A stretch of DNA of 57,758 nt, taken from Octopus sinensis (Eukaryota). Shown here piece after piece: positions 38,507 through 52,841 of this stretch; position 1 is the stretch's first letter; every line of letters starts with the position of its first letter. The notes beneath the pieces are model-generated. The model was given only the letters and a program-made list of their open reading frames with translations. It ran no database searches and was not told the DNA's origin. The DNA lies in the NCBI RefSeq assembly GCF_006345805.1, contig NW_021833600.1, positions 1 through 57,758 on the forward strand, in the 5' to 3' direction. The position numbers and the translations under genes were made by a program.

Positions 38507-39189
38507 TCAAGGCAGCGAGCTGGCAGAAACATTAGCACACCAGGCGAAATGTTTAGGGTATTTCGCCTGTCTTTACGTTCTGAGTTCAAATTCCACTGAG
38601 GTTGACTTTGCATTTCATCCTTTCGGGGTCGATAAATTAGGTACCAGTTTCATACTGGGGTGAATCTAATCGATTGGCCCACCCCAAAGATTTCAGGCCT
38701 TGTGCCTAGAGTAGAAAAGATTATTATAGCTTGGTGGTGAGCTGGCAGAAATGTTGCTTAGCAGTATTTCGTCTGTCTTTACATTCTGAGTTCAAATTCC
38801 ACCGAGGTCAACTTTGCCTTTCATCTTTTTGGGGTTCGATAAATTAAGCACCAGTTTTGTACTGGGGTCAATCTAATCGACTGGCCCCCTCCCCAAAAAT
38901 TTCGGGCCTTGTGCCTAGAATTTAAAAAAATAAAATAATAATAATAATAATTTCTGATAAAGACACAAGACCAGAAATTTGCTGAGAGGGAAAACAATCC
39001 TTTATATAGATCTTAAAACTTAACGAGCACTATTTTATCAACCGCAGAACAATGAAAAGTAAAACTGAACTTGGGAGAAATTGAACTCAGAATATAAAGA
39101 CACAACACTAAGCACCATAATACTTTGTAGAACCAACGGAATAACCAATCTGGCCATTTTTGCTGCCATTAATATAAATAAGTAAAAAA

Positions 39190-39925
39190 AAATCAAAATC
39201 AAATGGAAATAGTTGTGGCCGATGCCAGTACCACCTGACTGGCTCCTGTGATGGTGGCACACAACAAGCACCATTTATGTGTGGGTTATTGCCAGTTCCA
39301 CCTGACTGGCTCCCCGCGCCTGTGACACATAAAAAGCACCTCCAAACGTGGTCGATGCCAGCCCCCTTGCCCCAACTGGCTTCTATGATGGTGGCACACA
39401 ATAAGCACCATTCATGTGTGGGTCATTGCCAGTTCCACCTGACTGGCTCCCCGTGCTTGTGGGACATAAAAAGCAACATCCGAACATGGTCAATGCCAGC
39501 TCCCTTGCCCCAACCGGCTCCTGTTATGGTGGCACACAACAAGCACCATTCATGTGTGGGTCATTGCCAGTTCCACCTGACTGGCTCCCCGTGCCTGTGG
39601 AACATAAAAAGCACCATCCGAACGTGGTCAATGTCAGCCCCCTTGCCCCAACCGGCTCCTGTGCAGGTGGCATGTAAAAAGCACCATCCGAATGTGGCCG
39701 ATGCCAGTTCCGCCTAACTGGCTCCTGTGCCGATGGCATGTAAAAAGCACCCACTACGCTCTTGAAGTGGATGGCATTAGGAAGGGCATCCAGCCATAGA
39801 AACATTACCAGATCAGACTGGATCCTGGTGCGACCTCCTGGTTTGCCAGTCCACAGTCAAACCGTCCAACCCATACCAGCATGGAAAACAGACGTTAAAC
39901 GACAACGATGATGATGATGATGATT
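39190..39925 (+). mobile_element. Family C element with an expanded head (three units of about 137 bp)
   Basis: GGTGGCACAC anchors at 39253, 39390 and 39528, then the family C body and (GAT)n tail. Confidence 0.85.
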
Positions 39926-41069
39926 AATAAATTTTCAAAATTCTCAACAATTCTCTTTTAGTCTCTTTATTTCGTTTTGTTCAAATGGAAATTTAATAAG
40001 CCGATTCTTTCAGGATTCTGAATAAGCAAAAATTCAGCTAGTCAAAGAATCTACACAGTTGGTGAATACGTTAAAATTAGGTCACCAGACATCAAATATC
40101 TTACAGGAATCTGACTTCTGAAATTAAGGAGAGGGAGGGGTACCAAAAATTAAAAAAAATTAAAATCATATACAAAGAAAGAAAAGCATGGGAGGAAATT
40201 TTTTTCTTTTTAAATTCTATTTTCCTTTTGCCAAATTTTGGTAAAATTCTTATTTTATTTTATTTTCCTGGTTTTCCTTCCTATTTCTTCAATTTGTGAA
40301 TGTAATATAATGTTGCGGGTGAAAATAAATAAAAACTCAAAAATAATCAAAGATAACAATCAATCGTTAAAATGTCTCCATGTAGTCACACGTCCTGCTA
40401 GAAATAGAAGCCAACTGACCACATAACATACATTACTAAGGGCTGACATGAAACTAAGTAACAACAACAAAACCACCATCAACATATATCTTGTCACCAC
40501 CACCAATGATGGCCCTCAACATGCGCATGCACACACACACACACACACTATATATACATATACACATACTTACATACATACATATATACATACACACATA
40601 CATACAAATAAATTCATACATATACATACATACACACACACATAGTATATATATTTACATACACAAACACATATATATACACTGGGAGTTGATGTAATCG
40701 ACTTAATACCTATGTCTGTCCTTGTTTGTCCCCTCTATGTTTAGCCCCTTGTGGGCAATAAAGAAATAAGAAACTGAAAGAAGCCCGTCATATATACATA
40801 TATGTATATATCTATGTGTGTGCGCGCACATGCGTGTATGTGTGTGTGTGAGTTTGTGTGTCTGTGTTTGTCTCCCCCCCCCACCATCGCTTGACAACCG
40901 ATGCTGGTGTGTGTATGTCGTAGTGGTTCAGCAAAAGAGAATAACAGAATAAGTACTTGACTTATAAAGAATAAGTCCTGGGGTAGATTTTCTCAACTAA
41001 AGGCAATGCTCCAGCATGGCCACAGTCAAATGACTTAAACAAATAAAAGAACAGATATATATATATATA

Positions 41070-41119
<50 letters not shown>

Positions 41120-41772
41120 AGGCGCAATGGCCTAGTGGTTAGGGCAGCGGACTCGCAGTTGCAGGATCGCGGTTTCGATTCCCAGACCGGACGTTGTGAG
41201 TGTTTATTGAGCGAAAACACCTAAAAGCTCTATATATATATATAGCTCTATATATATATAGAGCTCTGATGGTGCAAACAGTAGAATAGAACTCGAAACT
41301 CAAGTATATATGTTTTTTTAATAATTATCAGCAGAAGTTAAAGAGTTACCCAAGAGCCGAGAGTCTCATGTGCTGCAACTTATTAAACACACACACATAT
41401 ATATATATATAACAAACACACGCACGCACACTCAGACATACATATTTTGAAACGTTCCACACAGTAATATCACTGGTCTGATCTGCGTTTCCTGCAACAG
41501 CGATCTTCAAACGGCTAATTTTACTCAAGGGATTTTATCAAAGCTTAGCATTAATGATTCCAAGAATGGTTGGCCAGCCAACCAGCCAGCCAGCCAGCCG
41601 TCATGTGGTAGAAGAGTAGAAAACCAAGATTTCAACGAAGCAACAGTGCTAGAAGAATTTACTAAATAACACTAATAATAATAATAATGATGATGATGAT
41701 GATGATGGTTTCAAATTTTGACACAAGCCCAGCAATTTCAGAGCAGGAGACTAGTTGATTACATCAACTAAT

Positions 41773-41807
<35 letters not shown>

Positions 41808-41892
41808 TAATAATAATAATGAAGGTGGTTTCAAATTTTGGCACAAGGCCAGCAATTTCAGAGCAGGAGACTAGTTGATTACATCAACTAAT

Positions 41893-41929
<37 letters not shown>

Positions 41930-42816
41930 CGGCAGGAAGGAAAACAAACATTAAGTGATGATGATGATGATGATGATGGTGATGGTGGTGGTGGTGGTGG
42001 TGGTGGTGGTGATGAGGGTGATAATGATGGTGATGACTAAAAAGAGTGTAATAAAATACAGACAAGAAATTGTATCTGTTGCTCTTCTGATTGTCCCATT
42101 CTTTAACCTCATGATAATACCATTACCACAACTAATAATAATAATAATAATGATAATAATAATAATCCTCTCTTTATTGGCCACAAGGGCCGAACACAGA
42201 AACATACAGGGACAATACAAGACAAGAGACAAGAAGGGTTTAAGAAAGAAAATTAAATGAGGATGCAGAATTTCCAAATTTGGCAGAAGGCCACAAAGTG
42301 ATTCTAGCATTTCGCTCAAGGGTCAAGGCTGTGGCTTAATTTATCTACTCTGGTTGTTGTTGTTGTTGTTGTTGTGTTGACTGCTGAGCCCTGTTGCAGT
42401 CCTGATTAAAGGGATCCATGATCAAAGGTGATGCAGCCATAACGAACCTTTCATAGATGGTGGGTGACATTTTTGTTAATGTCCCTTTGCTCTTTTACCC
42501 TTTTACTTGTTTCAGTCATTTAACTGCAGCCATGCTGGAGCAACGCCTTTTAGTCGAGCAAATCGACCCTAGGACTTATTTCTTTGTAAGCCTAGTACTT
42601 ATCCTATCAGTCTTTTTTGCCGAAACCTCTTTTGCTGAAACCGCTAAGTTACGGGGACGTAAACACAACAGCACCAGTTGTCAAGCGATGTTGGGGAGGG
42701 ACAAACACAGACATACATATATGAGTAAAAGAATAAGTGTAAAGAGCAATTTCAACTTCTACCATTACAAATGTTTACTGTTACATATATATATATGTAT
42801 ACACATATATATATAT

Positions 42817-43110
42817 GGAGGCACAATGGCCCATTGGTTAGGGCAGAGGACTCGCGGTCGTAGGATCGGTGGTTTCGATTCCCAGACCGGGCATTGTGAG
42901 TGTTTATTGAGCGAAAACACCTAAAATCTCCATGAGGCTCTGGCAGGGGGTGGTGATCCCTGCTGTACTCTTTCACCACTCTTTCTCCCACTCTTCCTTC
43001 TGTTGGCCTGCTTGCTTAGCCAGCGGGGTGGCATCATTCGAAGGCTAAAACAATGCGAACACATTGTGACCAGCGATGTGTAACAACATCTGATGGCGTG
43101 GTCGGTCACG
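42817..43110 (+). mobile_element. SINE family D (tRNA head GGAGGCGCAATGGCC...GGTTTCGATTCCCAG)
   Basis: Also at 41118-41230 (+) and about 15575-15710 (-). Confidence 0.85.
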
Positions 43111-45209
43111 TGATCACGTGATATATATATATGATGGGCTTCTTTCAGTTTCTATCTACCAAATCTTCTCACAAGGCTTTGGTCAGCCTGAAGCTACATT
43201 TTGTAAAACGACATCAGTGTTATGTCAACCCAGGAAGAATTAATGGGAAAGTCAACTGCAGCAGGAATAAAACTGGGCTGGTGCCACATATAAAGCACCC
43301 ATACCGGTGCCACATATAAAGCACACATGCTGGTGTCACGTGAAAGGCACATGCTGGTGTCACGTAAAAAGTGCCACGTAAAATGTGTCGCGTAAATTGA
43401 GCATTCATGCTAGTTCCAGGTATAAAGCCCCCATACTGGTGGCACACATGAGACATATAAGGCACCCATGCTGGTGCCACGTAACAGGTACCCAGAACAC
43501 TTTGTAAAGTGGTTGGCGTTATTAGGAAGGGCATCCAGCCATAGAAACCATGCGAAAACAGACAACTGGAGCCTGGTGTGGTTCTCCAGTTGGCCAGCCT
43601 GTCAAACCATCCAACCCATGCCAGCACGGAGAACGAACATTAAACGATGATGATGGTAATGATGACGATGAGGATGATTATGATGACAGTGGTGGTGGTG
43701 GTGATGATTATGATGATGATGATGAGGAGGAGGAGGAAGAGGGGAGGGGTAGACAACAATTTTGGACATTGCTACTCGTCATCTAGCAATGAAGAGAGCA
43801 AAGATGTGTCAACGACAACAACAACAATGATGCTGAATGACAGTTGAGCAATGACCACAACGTCGATGAAGATGATGATGATGATGATGAGAACAATGAC
43901 TGCAATGAAGCTGATGATAATTCTTTTATGCTAATGACAATGACGGTGAAATAATAAAACTTCAAAAATTCTTTGCCAGAATTAATCAGAGCATTAGTAT
44001 TAACCGCGTCTGAGTATATTTGTGCACACACACACACACACATACACACACATGCACACAAACACACACATACATATATACACATATATGTATGTACGCA
44101 TACGTATATATGCATGTGTGTGTGTATGTGTATGTATCTATGTATGTATTCCTCCAAGGAAGATTTTGGTAATTTTGGTGATATTCTTAAATTCTCTGAC
44201 TTTATTTATTTCAAATTTATAAAAAAAAATAATCATCATCATCATCATAATCATTACCATAACAATAATGTTATGATTTCTTTCATTGGCCACAAATGTC
44301 CAAGGCACTAAAGAATAAGGTTTTACAAGAATACACACACACACACACATACATACACAGGAATATTTTTAAAAGAAATGAAGAAAAACAGTGAAAAAAA
44401 TGGAATCTTTTTTTTTTCAAATAAACAAATAAATAAAAATTATTTTAATTTAATTAAATTTATGACCAAAATAAGAAAGAGAAAACAAGAAAAGAACCTC
44501 ATTTACATATTGGAAAAATGTTCAAGAAGGAATATTTTATAGTTGTTGCAAAATTAATTTTCAGAACAGTGGTGATGTTGGCGGCAACGGTGGTGGTGGT
44601 CGTCGTCGTAGGAGGTGAGTGTCGGGGCTGGAATCAGACAAGCGAAATTCCCTTGTCTGCAACGTCGGTGCCAGCTTTTATGCAGAAAAATGTCCAGGAT
44701 TGAAGAGATGGTGCATAAATGTATAATAATGAATGCAAGGAAGCATATGCGGATACACAAATACATTTGTATGTGCATTCATGTGTGCGCATGTGTGTGT
44801 GTGTGTGTGTGTGTGCGGTGGGGAGGTGGTGTGGGTCGGATGTTGAATAATGTCTGGTTACATGTCGAAGAAGTCAGATAAATCGAATCACAGATTTTAT
44901 CAAGCTACGTTCCTGATCCACATCTGTCAGTACGATTTATCTGTCATCTTCCGGATGAATCCACATGTGTAGGCATGGCATGGCTATGAAGTTCCGAACG
45001 ATTCTTCCGCCTGTTTTCTGTCATCAGACAGTAGCCATGCTGGAGCATGGCCTTTTAAGAGTCCTTAAGGGTTTTAGACATATCCACAGCAGTGCTTAAT
45101 TTCATCAACCTCTACTTGTTGAACTGCCAAGTTAAGAGATATGAAGAGAGAAATAGAACAACTTTTAGACCATAAACATAAAGATGAACACATACATTAA
45201 TACACATAA

Positions 45210-45268
<59 letters not shown>

Positions 45269-45361
45269 ATGGGAGAGTTCAAGAAAAAGACAAAAGACGA
45301 AGACAAGTGGTGTAGAAAACAAACAGATGTATTAGTATAATGCTCAGGAATTGAAAAAGTC

Positions 45362-45675
45362 TGTAGGAGTGGCTGTGTGGTAAGTAACTTGCTTACCAAC
45401 CACATGGTTACAGGTTCATTCCCACTGCATGGTACCTTAGGCAAGTGTCTTCTACTATAGCCTCGGGCTGACCAAAGCCTTGTGAGTGGATTTGGTAGAT
45501 TGAAACTGAAAGAAGCCCGTTGTATATATGTATGTACGTACATATATATATGTATGTGTGTGTATATGTTTGTGTGTCTGTGTTTGTCCCCCCTCCCCCA
45601 ACATCGCTTGACAACCGATGGTGGTGTGTTTACGTCCCCATGACTTAGCAGTTCGGCAAAAGAGAACGATAGAAA
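45362..45675 (+). mobile_element. SINE family A abutting a truncated H2-family fragment (about 45270-45361, minus)
   Basis: The left flank matches the reverse complement of the H2 tail and stops just before the HHR. Confidence 0.75.
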
Positions 45676-46340
45676 CTGCAAGAAACTTGGTCGTTGGATG
45701 TTCAATTTCATGTGAACATTTTTAAAGTAGACTTCCACCTAATCCACTTTTCATGCCCACCACCATTGTCTTTGCTGTCAGCAGTTTGAATGGAATTCAA
45801 AGGGCAGGCCCCCTCTCTGAATTTCCTCCTCCTCCGACTAGCTTATAAAGTGTAAATTATCCAATGCATTGTGAAACATGAACTGCTTTAAATCCGGATT
45901 GTGGGAGGAATGGAAGTTAAGTGTGGAGGTGCAACAGGGTCAAGTGGAGTTTGGCTCACAGGGAGCTTCACTACACTTTAAACGCTTAAAATTGTTAAAT
46001 CAATGGCCTGGTTGACCTTCCCAAATTAAATTGTACTTAAGTGACTACTAGACAAAACAGCTTTAAACCAGAGATACACATAGACAGGTACACACACACA
46101 CACACACACACACAAACGTTTATATATACACACATACAGAGAACTTTCCTCCATCCAGTCCAGATTTAAACTATATACACGTGTGTGCATGTATGCAAAT
46201 GCATATATTTTAAAGTTTTTTTGTTCAAAATTGTCAAGTGACACATATGCCTGCATTCAGTAATATATATATATATATATATATATTATTGGTGAATTGA
46301 AGAAATGGAGCTGAACGCAGATTGAACAGAAATCGTTTTA

Positions 46341-46429
46341 TTTCATTCTACACGTGTTTCGAAAGGCACAAATTACCAAAATCCGATTGAATAATGGGAC
46401 CATATTGTGTCTTTCTCTTCAGGAAGAAA
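46341..46429 (-). ncRNA. Type I hammerhead ribozyme (family H0), on the endophilin sense strand
   Basis: Exact mirror of 46552-46640; predicted cut between 46349 and 46348. Confidence 0.75.
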
Positions 46430-46551
46430 AAAGGAAATCCGTTGGAAAAACAAAAACAAGAACAGTTTCGCCATGGGCTCTTAGGAGCACAGTTCGATTT
46501 GTTTTTTGCTCCGCCTCTGTTCTGTTTTTGTTTTTCCAACGGATTTCCTTT

Positions 46552-46640
46552 TTTCTTCCTGAAGAGAAAGACACAATATGGTCCCATTATTCAATCGGAT
46601 TTTGGTAATTTGTGCCTTTCGAAACACGTGTAGAATGAAA
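46552..46640 (+). ncRNA. Type I hammerhead ribozyme (family H0), canonical core
   Basis: UUUCUUC-CUGAAGA-GAAAG(A)CACAA...UUGUG(C)CUUUC-GAAA-C-ACGU-G-UA-GAA(U)GAAA. Helix III is 2 bp with a palindromic ACGU loop; GUA triplet, predicted cut after 46632. Confidence 0.78.
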
Positions 46641-46848
46641 TAAAACGATTTCTGTTCAATCTGCGTTCAGCTCCATTTCTTCAATTCACCAATAATGTTT
46701 TAATTTCAATTATCCGCACCAACGCACGGTTGCAACGCCAGATGGTTGTACCTCCAACCGTGCTGTTTACTGCTGTGATTTTTGCTACTAAGGTATCGGT
46801 TAAACTTTTGATTAATCTACTACAAGATTATTCATCTTTCTATTTCAA

Positions 46849-46884
<36 letters not shown>

Positions 46885-47105
46885 TATATACAAAAAAAGA
46901 TACTCTAGTACAGACACGCACTTACACACAAACATAACCACACACACACACATGCATGAACACAAACACACGTAAAAACACTCAAACAGGTGGTATATTT
47001 TACACACACTCTCTCTCCCCCTCTTTATTTATATATATATATATATCTTTGACACTTTCTCTCTCTCTCTCTTCCCCTGTTTTTGACACACACTCTCTCT
47101 CTCCT

Positions 47106-47153
<48 letters not shown>

Positions 47154-48849
47154 TTGACACTTTCTCTCTCTCTCTCTGCATTAACCCTTACATCACTGTG
47201 TATCTACAGACATACACTGCTTGTGTTTCAATTAATTCTGAAAATAATGAAGGACTTGGCATAAAATAATTCTGCAATTAAATAATCATTAATCCAGCAT
47301 TTGGAAAATAAATCAACACAAAATTTTGATGGGAGGCTTTTTTAACTTAGACCCCTTTAACACAGGAAGTGCATATCACAGAACCAAGGGTCAGCCTCAG
47401 GAAGGTTAAAACCGCCAAAAGGATTAAATAAACACTGCATAAAGTTTTATAAACCGATTTAGACATAACATTTATTAGATGTAGCCATGTACAGGCTGTT
47501 TCCCATCACACTAATTATCACCACTTCAACACACAACCACCATCGCCATTGCCATAAATGGTATTAAATAGTGTTCTGTACAGCTGTAGCATTACAGATT
47601 CCTGAAACACTGAGTACTCTTACCTACACGATGTGGGACTGTTTAAAAACAATTATGTGGAGCTATGGATATGAGCAATGGCCTCATCATCATCATCATC
47701 ATCTGCAATTCAGCTACGAATAACTTAATTTTGATAACTTTGAAAGGTTTCGGCCATTCTAGGGCCCAGGTCCAACATTTCCTATCAACACATCGTCTAC
47801 GAGCTCTCTGCTTTCAAATTCCTCTGGAATTAAAACCAGAAAAATATAAAAACAAAAACAAAAATTTCCTTATTCAGAAAAGGGAACAAGGGTGGGTGAT
47901 AGGAAGAGCATCCCGCCATAAAAATTCTGCCTCAGATTTTTTTCTGTCTGTGCTATGCTACCGTAGCACATACCAGACAATTAATGAAATGAACCATAAA
48001 TTTTTTTTTTCAAATATTAAAACTATTGCCAGCACTGAGGATATCAACTCCAGTCGAACCCATGCCAGCATGGAAAAAACAGAAGTTAAATGATGATAAT
48101 GATGATAGCTATCATACCCTGGAACATTCCCTGATATTATCCCCACAATGGCAAAAATGTAGTCCATTTACATAGCAGGTAACACTCTAAGGTAAAGGGT
48201 AAAGATCCCCTTCTGAGGCACAAGTCTGGGCAAGGTTGTAAATGGAAGACCAGCAGTCACTGATGCATACCGGTCTCCCCTCTCCACACCACGGATGTTA
48301 TCTAAGGGATACAGCTTGGCACCAGTGATGTCACGGCTCATTTCTATAGCTGGGTGAACTGAAGCAGCGTGAAACAAAGTGTCTTGCTCAAGAGCACAAT
48401 ACATAGCCCAGTCCAGGAATCAAACTCACTACTTCATGTGTACCTCACTGTCTGATACTCTAACCACTGAGCCTTGCGCTTTCACTCTAGTTATCTAGTT
48501 AACTTATTTAATCGGCCCTGAAAGGATGAAAGGCAAAGTCGACCTTGGCGGAATTTGAACTCAGAATGTAACAACAGACGAAATACCGGTAAGCTGGTGC
48601 ATTCTATATATATGTAAATGTGTGTGTGTGTGTGTATGGACGGACGGACGGACGAACAGACAGACAGACAGATAGATAGATAGATAAATAGATAGATACT
48701 GGTAATTATGTATATAAAACACAATCTTTACATACGTATATATATTCTCATAATTGTTTAAAATAAATAAATAGACATAATATAATGTCTAACAGTTGAT
48801 GTATACTATCTCTGGATCCCTTCCATTTTCTTCTTGCCATATATATAGA

Positions 48850-48896
<47 letters not shown>

Positions 48897-50523
48897 GGCT
48901 TGTTTCAGTTTCTGTCCAGCCAAACTGACTGACAAGGCTTTGGTTGGCCTGAAGTTATAGTAGAAGAAACCTGCCCTTGGTGCCATGTTGTGGGACTGAA
49001 CCCAGAACCATGTGGTTGGCAAGTAAAGACTCCTTAGCACACAGTCCCTCCTGGTGAGATTTGTGCACATAACCATAGAACATAGAAGGTCAACACAAAA
49101 TTGCATTGAATTAAGGTGCCAAGAGCACCATCTTGAGCGTGATCATTGCCATAGTGGCTAACTGGCTTCCGTGTCAGTGGCACGTAAAAGACACCATTCG
49201 AGCGTGATCGTTACCAGCGTCGCCTTACTGGCACCTGTGCCAGTGGCATGTGTAAAGGGATTCAAGCGAGGTCATTGCTAGTACCGCCTGACTGGCCCCG
49301 TGCCGGTGGCACGTAAAAAGCACCCACTACACTCTCGGAGTGGTTGGCGTTAGGAAAGGTATCCAGCTGTAGAAACTCTGCCAGATCAAGATTGGAGCCT
49401 GGTGCAGCCATCTGGTTTGCCAGCCTTCAGTCAAAATCGTCCAACCCATGCTAGCATGGAAACGATGATGTTAAACAATGATGATGATGATTATGATGAA
49501 TTAGATAGACCTGAATCTAACATACAACTGGTATTTATGTTGTTGATCCTCCCCACCAAAAAACCCAAAAAAAGAAAAAGGATACAGGATTTGAAATCAG
49601 GAAATGTACTTAAATGTATTGGCAGTATTTTTGTCATTTAGCTTTAAAAAATTTGCTTTGATTCATTGTCACAAGTATGGAACTGTAGCACATGAGTTTT
49701 TCTTTTATTGGAAACAGGTGGCCGGATTTGAACTCAGGAAGACAAAACTGGTACGAAACCACACAAAGAATGGTGAAGGAAAGTAAAGCAAAGACATCTC
49801 GCTAAGATCCACACTTATACGCACAAAAAAAAAACGCACGCATACACACACAGAAGCTGAAATACAGACAAACGCACCCACCAAACTACCTACACCCCTA
49901 CTCCCTTCCCGAGTCAGATTTAGAACCATATTAGAAGTATTTTCCCAATATAGAGGGGAATGGAACAGCACTAAATATTTTGCAAAGGCAAATCTTTCAA
50001 TTCCATGCCTTCCCACTTATATTCCAGCGACAACATATCACCCCATTGGCACAGATTTGATTTTAATAAATAACAAACAGAATGTGATATCGGATATCGT
50101 ATATGAAATACGCCACAGAACAGAGCAGAAACCAGAACGCACATGTATGTTGGAGGCAAGTTGTGGAATACACATCGTCTCTTGACAAATGGAAGAATAT
50201 AGAATTTCAAGAACTGCTAAGGAAGACTGGCACGACCGAAGTGTTTTCTAATAAAACAAAACAGAAATATGGTGGAGGTGGTGGTAGGAGGAGACGAAAG
50301 AGTAGGGCAACAGAGAGGTCCACAAAAGCCTCTCCCACATTCCTGCAAGGGGTTGGGAGTGGAATGACAGAGGGGGGGGGACCTCGTGATGGTTGCCTAA
50401 GTGGGTCCCTAATATGAAAAATTATATATCAAGCACATAAAACATATCCATGATCACATGTTAGTTAATATACACACACACATGTATGTATGTCGTTATA
50501 AATTTAGATGTATGTGTGCATGT

Positions 50524-50584
<61 letters not shown>

Positions 50585-51089
50585 TGTACATATATACACA
50601 CACCTATGACTAAAAGCCTTATGAGCAAATATTGTTGAGAGAAACTGAAAGAAACCTGTCATACAATATGCATAAATAGATACACACATATGCATATACA
50701 TATATGCATATATATATATACATATACATACATACATACACAGACACACACACATATATACATACACACACACATGATAATTCTTCTTTAGCTGAAGAAA
50801 CTAACACCAAATTAAAGAAAGCCCTCAATACAAGTTTGAAGAATGGACGTGTGTGTTTTTTCATATTATGGGAAAATATAACATGATATAATGTGTGGTT
50901 AGACACTTTCTTCCCAACCACATGGGTCCGGGTTCAGTCCCACTGCATGGCACCTTGGGCAAGTGACTTCTAGTATAGCCTTGGGCCAACCAAAGCCTTG
51001 TGAGTGGATTTGGTAAATGGATGCTTTGTTGTCCCTTTTTTGTATCACCTAACTGTCTGGATGTTTTGCGTTCTTATCCCATTTTGTAT

Positions 51090-51141
<52 letters not shown>

Positions 51142-51145
<4 letters not shown>

Positions 51146-51286
51146 CTGTTCAAAAAGTCTCTACACAGTGAAATTTTTTTCATAATTTAACACCGCCAGA
51201 CTTTTTTTCTGGGGAGCAAGTAAAGGATCAGTGCACAAGAATCACCCGAAAACCATTTACTGCAGAGAGACTTTTTGAACAACCTG
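51142..51286. mobile_element. Tc1/mariner-type MITE, 145 bp
   Basis: TIRs CAGGCTGTTCAAAAAGTCTCT / AGAGACTTTTTGAACAACCTG followed by TA. Confidence 0.8.
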
Positions 51287-52777
51287 TATATATATCATCA
51301 TCATCATCATTTAGCATCCGCTTTCCATGCTAGCATGGGTTGGACGGTTCAACTGGGGTCTGGGAAGCCAGAAGGCTGCACCAGGTCCAGTCTAATCTGG
51401 CAATGTTTCTATGGCTGGATGCCCTTCCTAACGCCAACCACTCCGTGAGTGTAGTGGGTGCTTTTTACGTGCCAGACAAGGCTGGCAAACGACCATGATC
51501 GGATGGTGCTTTTTATGTCCCACTGGCACGGAGGCCCGTCAGGACGGCGCTGGCAACGGCCACGTTCGGATGGTTCACTTATGTGCCACTGGCACTGGTA
51601 TCACAGCTACAATTTCCATTGATGTTGATCAATTTCGATTTATATATATATATCATCATCATCATCATCGTTTAACGTCCGTTCTCCATGCTAGCATGGG
51701 TTGGACGGTTCGACCGGGGTTCTGGGAGCCAGAAGGGTGCACCAGGCTCCAGTCTAATCTGGCAATGTTTCTACAGCTGGATGCCCTTCATATATATATA
51801 TATATATGTACACAGACACACAAACACACATTGGTTACAAGGCAAAGAAAATGTAACAGTAAGTTCTCAGGTTCATTCTCACTGTGTGGCACCTCGGGCA
51901 AGTGTCTTCTACTATAGCCCTGGGCCAATCAAAAGCTTCCTGAGCAGATTCGATGGACAGAAACTGAAAGAAGCCCATCATATACATGCGAGCGTGTATA
52001 TGTGTGTGTATGTGTGTGTGCGTGTGTGTGCATGTGTGTGTGTGTGTGCATGTGTGTGTATGTGCGTGTGTGTTTAAAGGTTGAACAGATGTATGACCTT
52101 TGTGCTTTTGTTGGGAATCGTTGCTATTTCTAATGAATTTGAGGAATATAGAATTGCAGTTTGCCATTTCTATGAGGCAAGTTGAACCTCTTGCTCCCTA
52201 ACACTTTACCAAACTCTTGGGAATATACTTGCTACACAATCTGTTGGGTGTGACAGAAGAATAAATAGGGAGCCAGAGTCAAGGCAATTAATTCCCTTCC
52301 TCTCTTTTTGTCTTCCTTCTTTCTTTCTTTCTTTTGTTCTTCCTTCCTTCGTGTGAAATGTCCTCAGGAACCATTTTTAGAAACACAGTAAAGAGAGAGA
52401 GAGTAGAGAGACAGAAGGAGAGATAAGAGTAACAGCATGAGACAGAGGGAGAATAATTAAGAAGTAGAGAGAGAGAGAGAGAGAACTGAGAGCTAAATTT
52501 TCACTGGCAGTTTTAAGTTTTCTTTAGTTTTAACAGACTAAATCTTTAATGTGTATATATATATATATGTATACACTTTAATGTGTCAATATAAATATAC
52601 ATACACACACATATAGACAAACACACACACACATATATATATCTCCATTTATACATACATATGTACAGACACAAATGCTCTACATACAAGCATATATAAA
52701 CATACACATAATCACATGTACCTATATATACATATACACACACACACAAATGCAATACGTAAAAGCATATACATATC

Positions 52778-52841
<64 letters not shown>

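Larger units (their letters stand above)
46285..46696. mobile_element. Foldback element with perfect 173-bp arms (Penelope-like/retrozyme-type terminus in inverted pair)
   Basis: 46285-46457 is the exact reverse complement of 46524-46696 by manual comparison; 7 more bp after a 1-nt bulge; loop about 51 nt. Confidence 0.9.

Noticed and set aside
46348-46633. Identical mirror ORFs on both strands
   Set aside because: A by-product of the perfect inverted repeat; no protein similarity recognised.
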